DNA of 64,000 nucleotides from Plasmodiophora brassicae (Eukaryota): NCBI GenBank assembly GCA_036867785.1, contig CP145417.1, positions 434,001 to 498,000 of the forward strand, read 5' to 3'. Shown piece by piece: positions 60,255 to 64,000 of this stretch (position 1 is its first letter; each line of letters starts with the position of its first letter). The notes under the pieces were generated by a model. It saw only the letters and a program-made list of their open reading frames with translations, ran no database searches and was not told where the DNA came from. The position numbers and the translations under genes were made by a program.

Positions 60255-61075
60255 AGTCTAAAACGATAAACTCTGAGAGCTACTGGATCAACAGTTGGAT
60301 TTATTCCTCTTTGATTGTAGATTTGCAGGAATGAAATCGCAGTCATTGGGCATCAACCTCTCCAACCAAACAGATCTTGTTCGTCCGGGACGCCGCTGGC
60401 CGCTGTCGTTTCCAGACCGAACAGTACAGCGCTCTGGCGGAACGGTGGAGATCGATGAGCATTGGGAATCTGAGGCACCGGAGTCTGTGATGGTGGCTAT
60501 GAAGCTAGCGGCTGATGAACATTTACCATTCGCGGAATAACAAGAACCAAGTGCCAGGCCTGGATGAAGAAGACGCCAGGACCGCAGGCCAAGCCGTACA
60601 AGGGCGTGTACGACTCCCTGGAGGTGCTATTGGATTCAGTCTACGTGGCATTCGGCGACACGTGGAGCGAGCGCGTTATCCTCAACAATGAACATCTGGA
60701 GGAGGCCTGCTCATCCACCAGCAACTTGAATATTACACGCTTGAAGTGCGCTCCAACACGGATATGACGATTCGGTTCGCCCACAAACGACGTAAACCCA
60801 GCGACCGGCCAGGATTGCACATGTCCAATACTGCCCAAATGGCATGAGAACAGGTCGCCCGATGTTGTCGACGAACAATATGGCTGATATGGCGTAATAG
60901 CGCAGGACAGCGTCGTAGCGGCGCACGGCACGATGCACATTGGCGGCGATAATAGGAGGCCCTCGCTTGGAATAGGGCGCGACACGTTTGCGTTACATTA
61001 TGCTGGAAGACGCTCGTCCTGACAAGTGCACTGGACACGCGGGAGGACAAGGTCGATGGGTCTTTCTCATCTGTC

Positions 61076-61360
61076 ATGACGCACGATGGAGTCGGCATGC
61101 CAGCTCTAGCTGTACGCGAACTCGCACCGGTCCGAGAGTGGAAAGACTACGAGGGCGCTCGGGCCATTCTTATCGAGGAGGCCCAATTCTTCCCGGACCT
61201 CCTGCAATTCGTCCTACATGCCGTTGAAGTGGACGGCAAGGACATTGTCGTCGTGGGCCTGGACGGCGATCGTGGCCGAAATCGATTCGGCCAGGCCCTG
61301 GACCTCATCCCATACGCTGATGTCGTCACCAAACTTACAGCATTATGCTGTCGGTGCGCC
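61076..61360 (+). pseudogene. tdk: Thymidine kinase (TK1 type) internal fragment, giant-virus-like
   Basis: MTHDG, ILIEEAQFF, VVGLDGD..R..FG, LIPYAD.VTKLTALC..C present; P-loop N-terminus and C-terminal Zn-lasso end missing. Confidence 0.8.
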
Positions 61361-61585
61361 GTAGATTGCTCCCTGTGCGCGCGCTTCGTCCGCCATCTGC
61401 TGTTGTCATCCTGGTAGCTCCATGTTTGGTGTTGTGGCACGAGACCTCGGCGACCGGCAACAGGAACCGGTCAGCCATAGTGTTGGTACGACGCCGCAGG
61501 CCGCCTCCCTGGCACTGAGAGCACCCATCTATTGCGTCACGGATCACGAGTCCGTGCTATTGCTGCATCCGGTCAACGCGGAACG

Positions 61586-63231
61586 ATGGCTGGCGACTGG
61601 ACGCAGTCGTCGCTGAACGCCATGACTGCCGATGCGCTGCGTGAACTCTGCCGGGACTGCAAGCTGTCGTCGTCCGGTCGAAAATCCGAACTGGTGGCGC
61701 GATTGCTGCAGCACAAGCAGAGCCGAGGCGTCGCCGGAACGATCGCGAGCCGGAAAGGCGTGAGCGAAATCGAAGTAACGATCTGTCGCAGCGCTCGATG
61801 TTGCATCAATGTTTTAGACATTTATCTAGGCTATTCGAAGACCAAGTCTTGAAGAAAAACGTGTGCTTCCACCTGAGGTATTCTGCGAATATGGTCTCAT
61901 GATTCTTGCTCTGAACCAGTCCACAGCAGCGGATATTGCCCACCAGACGTCAGTCTCCTCGACGCCCAGTCCAGACAGTAAATTTGAACGAAACAGTACC
62001 AATGAAAGTCGAAACGAGTAAGGGCTGTTGAGGTGTACTCGAGGGTGCCCGTTTCCAAACGTTCCTGTAGGGAGCGTTCGCCAAGTTTCGTCAGTGCCTG
62101 TTCCAGCTCCTGTACCCGAACCTGTAGAACCAGCTGCAAGAAGCCCTATTGCTGTCAAGCAAGAACAGGGACCTATTGTCAGCGAAGAGCAGGAACCCAT
62201 TGTCAGCGAAGAGCAGGAACCTGTTTTCCAGGAAAATCAAGACCCTCCTGCACCTGTAGCGGTCAGACAAGAGCTTTCTGTAACGACGTCGGGTCATGTT
62301 GAGGACAGGATGGAAGAGGACCATTTTACAGCGATACCTACCGAAACAGCTCCGTATGTTGACATCATGTTATTTAGCCGTCTGAAAGGATGCTCATCAT
62401 TGCTGGGCAGGCCATCTTGCATATCGGTCGCTTTTGTTTGCCACTCGAATCTCAACCGAAGTATGGAAGCGCATCATGTGTGCCGCCTTGCCGACCCGTT
62501 TGGGAACCAAGGAGCGACTCTGTTTAGCTTCGGAGCCGTTCGTTGCACGCCGATAAATCTGGAAAGCTTTCACTGACAAGTGCACGTAGGGTGGGCGGGT
62601 GAATCTTCCTGTGCCTGTGGCATCCGCAGCCATGTCTTTCGAGTTCGGATCAGCAACATACTTAGACATGTTCAACTACCTTTCCACCTCTGACAACGAA
62701 GAGTTTTACCGCAAGATGGGCGTTCTTGACATGCTCCAACGAAACATGGGTGTGAAGGAAATGCCAGAACGGTATGTTTGGCTACTCAGTATTTGTCTGG
62801 GTCCTACTCAGTTTCCCGTTCAGCTGGCAACTTGAAGGTCGACACTTCGATCTGATTGTCTCGTTTGAGCTACGAATATTCGGTAAGTGAAAATTGTTCG
62901 CAAAGCATTGCCCATGGGCTGACTGCGTATCTATCACCCAGATATCATCCTTGAGGATCTTGATCAGCGCTCCCCGAAGCAGGGCCGCGTGGCCCACATC
63001 ATTAACATCGAGACAGTGGACAACTTCGCCGCGGCCAAGGTTGGCGGTGAGCACGCCTTGAAGCTTCTAGCTATGGTACGCTTTTGAGGCGTCGAAGACT
63101 CCATCGTTCCCGTTCCTAACACCGCGCATCTCTAGGTCCAGCAGTCATCCGATTGGGAGAACGATCTTCCTTCAATCCTCACTGAGCTCGAATCGTCGGC
63201 ATCCATCCAGCACGCGGTCATGTTCTATTAA
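61586..63231 (+). CDS. SSU72: SAP domain + low-complexity linker + Ssu72 RNA polymerase II CTD phosphatase, 9 exons
   Basis: SAP LNAMTADALRELCRDCKLSSSGRKSELVARL; Ssu72 VCHSNLNRSMEAH, GVLDMLQRN, PERWQ, FDLIVSFELRIFD, INIETVDN, HAVMFY*; eight phase-compatible GT-AG introns. Confidence 0.85.
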
Positions 63232-63333
63232 AGCTCTAGATTGTATCGCAGCAGCTGTTGGTCTGCTCCAAGTACCGTGAATTCAGCGACAGTTAACAAC
63301 TGCGGCTGTCAGGGCCTGCCAAACCGCCCCGTA

Positions 63334-64000
63334 TCAAAGCAGAAGTGGTGATGCGGTGTGCGCCTTGCTGCAGTGTCCGCCCGCGGTCGTCAGATCGTGA
63401 ATTTGCAAAATCCTTTTGCGGGTGGGTGCCGATCGATTTGGCGCGGGAGACCCCGCGACTTTCCCGACTGGCAGAGCCGCCATGACGACAGCGCTGTTAA
63501 TTGGCGTCGTCGGGTCGGGCCCTGCTCCCGACCTGTCGGGTGCGTCGCGAGGGATTTCCGCTCTCGTGGGGCAAGCAGGGCCGGACGTCGCCTGCTCGTA
63601 TATATTCTGGCCCGCTGCGACTCTGCGGCGTCGCCGCTCGAAACCGGTCGCCCTTGATGCTGCTGCCGAGATCGGCGAAACAATCTGCTCTGCATGGCCT
63701 GCGGCGAATTCGTCCAAATCGTCTCTGCTCGAGTTGCTCGCAGCTTTGCCTGACCTCATATCTGCACATGCGGTCGCCGTTGTTATTGGCGATGCGCCCC
63801 GTACGACATTGACGACGGCATGTTCTCGCGCGTTACGCGTTCTCTTGCTGGGCCTAAAGCAAACGCGTCTCATTTGGCTTGACACGGCCGGCGATCCTCC
63901 GAAATCTGGGACGGTCGCTTTCGGCAGGGCGCTTGCGAGAGCGGGTGCCGCCTTGATCGTTCCGGGGCAACTGAAAACCCATTTGCGCTCGTTCCGGGTG
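63334..64000 (-). CDS. Possible 3' part of a low-complexity hypothetical gene running off the window
   Basis: Open minus-strand frame convergent with SSU72; no recognisable domain. Confidence 0.3.
   Translation of the reverse strand, partial: TRNERKWVFSCPGTIKAAPALASALPKATVPDFGGSPAVSSQMRRVCFRPSKRTRNAREHAVVNVVRGASPITTATACADMRSGKAASNSSRDDLDEFAAGHAEQIVSPISAAASRATGFERRRRRVAAGQNIYEQATSGPACPTRAEIPRDAPDRSGAGPDPTTPINSAVVMAALPVGKVAGSPAPNRSAPTRKRILQIHDLTTAGGHCSKAHTASPLLL

Noticed and set aside
1-64000. Prokaryotic operon or defence-system interpretation; rRNA or tRNA genes
   Set aside because: Spliceosomal introns and eukaryote-specific genes throughout; no RNA gene signature recognised by eye (tRNAscan-SE/Infernal not run)

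Overview
Gene-dense eukaryotic DNA of high GC with many short (about 50-67 nt) GT-AG introns carrying CTGAC/CTAAC branch points. This style and the gene content suggest a plasmodiophorid protist such as Plasmodiophora brassicae (inference). Main parts: (1) 1-4 kb: 3' end of an ABCA transporter and a GT60 glycosyltransferase. (2) 5-20 kb: a tandemly duplicated block with three intronless paralogues encoding candidate secreted effectors (signal peptide, two degenerate U-box-like domains, Ser-rich linker, two copies of an unrecognised Trp-rich domain, basic NLS-like patches), plus relic copies and a co-duplicated mucin-like gene. (3) 20-31 kb: signalling and housekeeping genes (membrane PDE, JTB-like, G-alpha, SAE1, RRM protein, PD-(D/E)XK-like protein, LSM12). 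(4) 31-39.6 kb: a possible metabolic cluster (UbiA/MenA prenyltransferase fused to an FAD monooxygenase, an intron-containing EboF homologue, a GT8 galactinol-synthase-like gene, a PI-PLC X gene). (5) 40-57 kb: 7TM protein, axonemal repeat protein, cation/H+ antiporter, two convergent mL49 paralogues (one missing from the ORF track), a TIR-bounded element, FKBP, glucosidase II beta, fasciclin and a bacterial-type membrane protein. (6) 58-61.5 kb: a decayed island with three long hairpins and a giant-virus-like thymidine kinase fragment. (7) 61.6-63.2 kb: a 9-exon SAP-domain/Ssu72 phosphatase fusion. No rRNA, tRNA or CRISPR array was recognised. Family calls come from motif recognition by eye, exon boundaries were inferred manually, and no database search was run.
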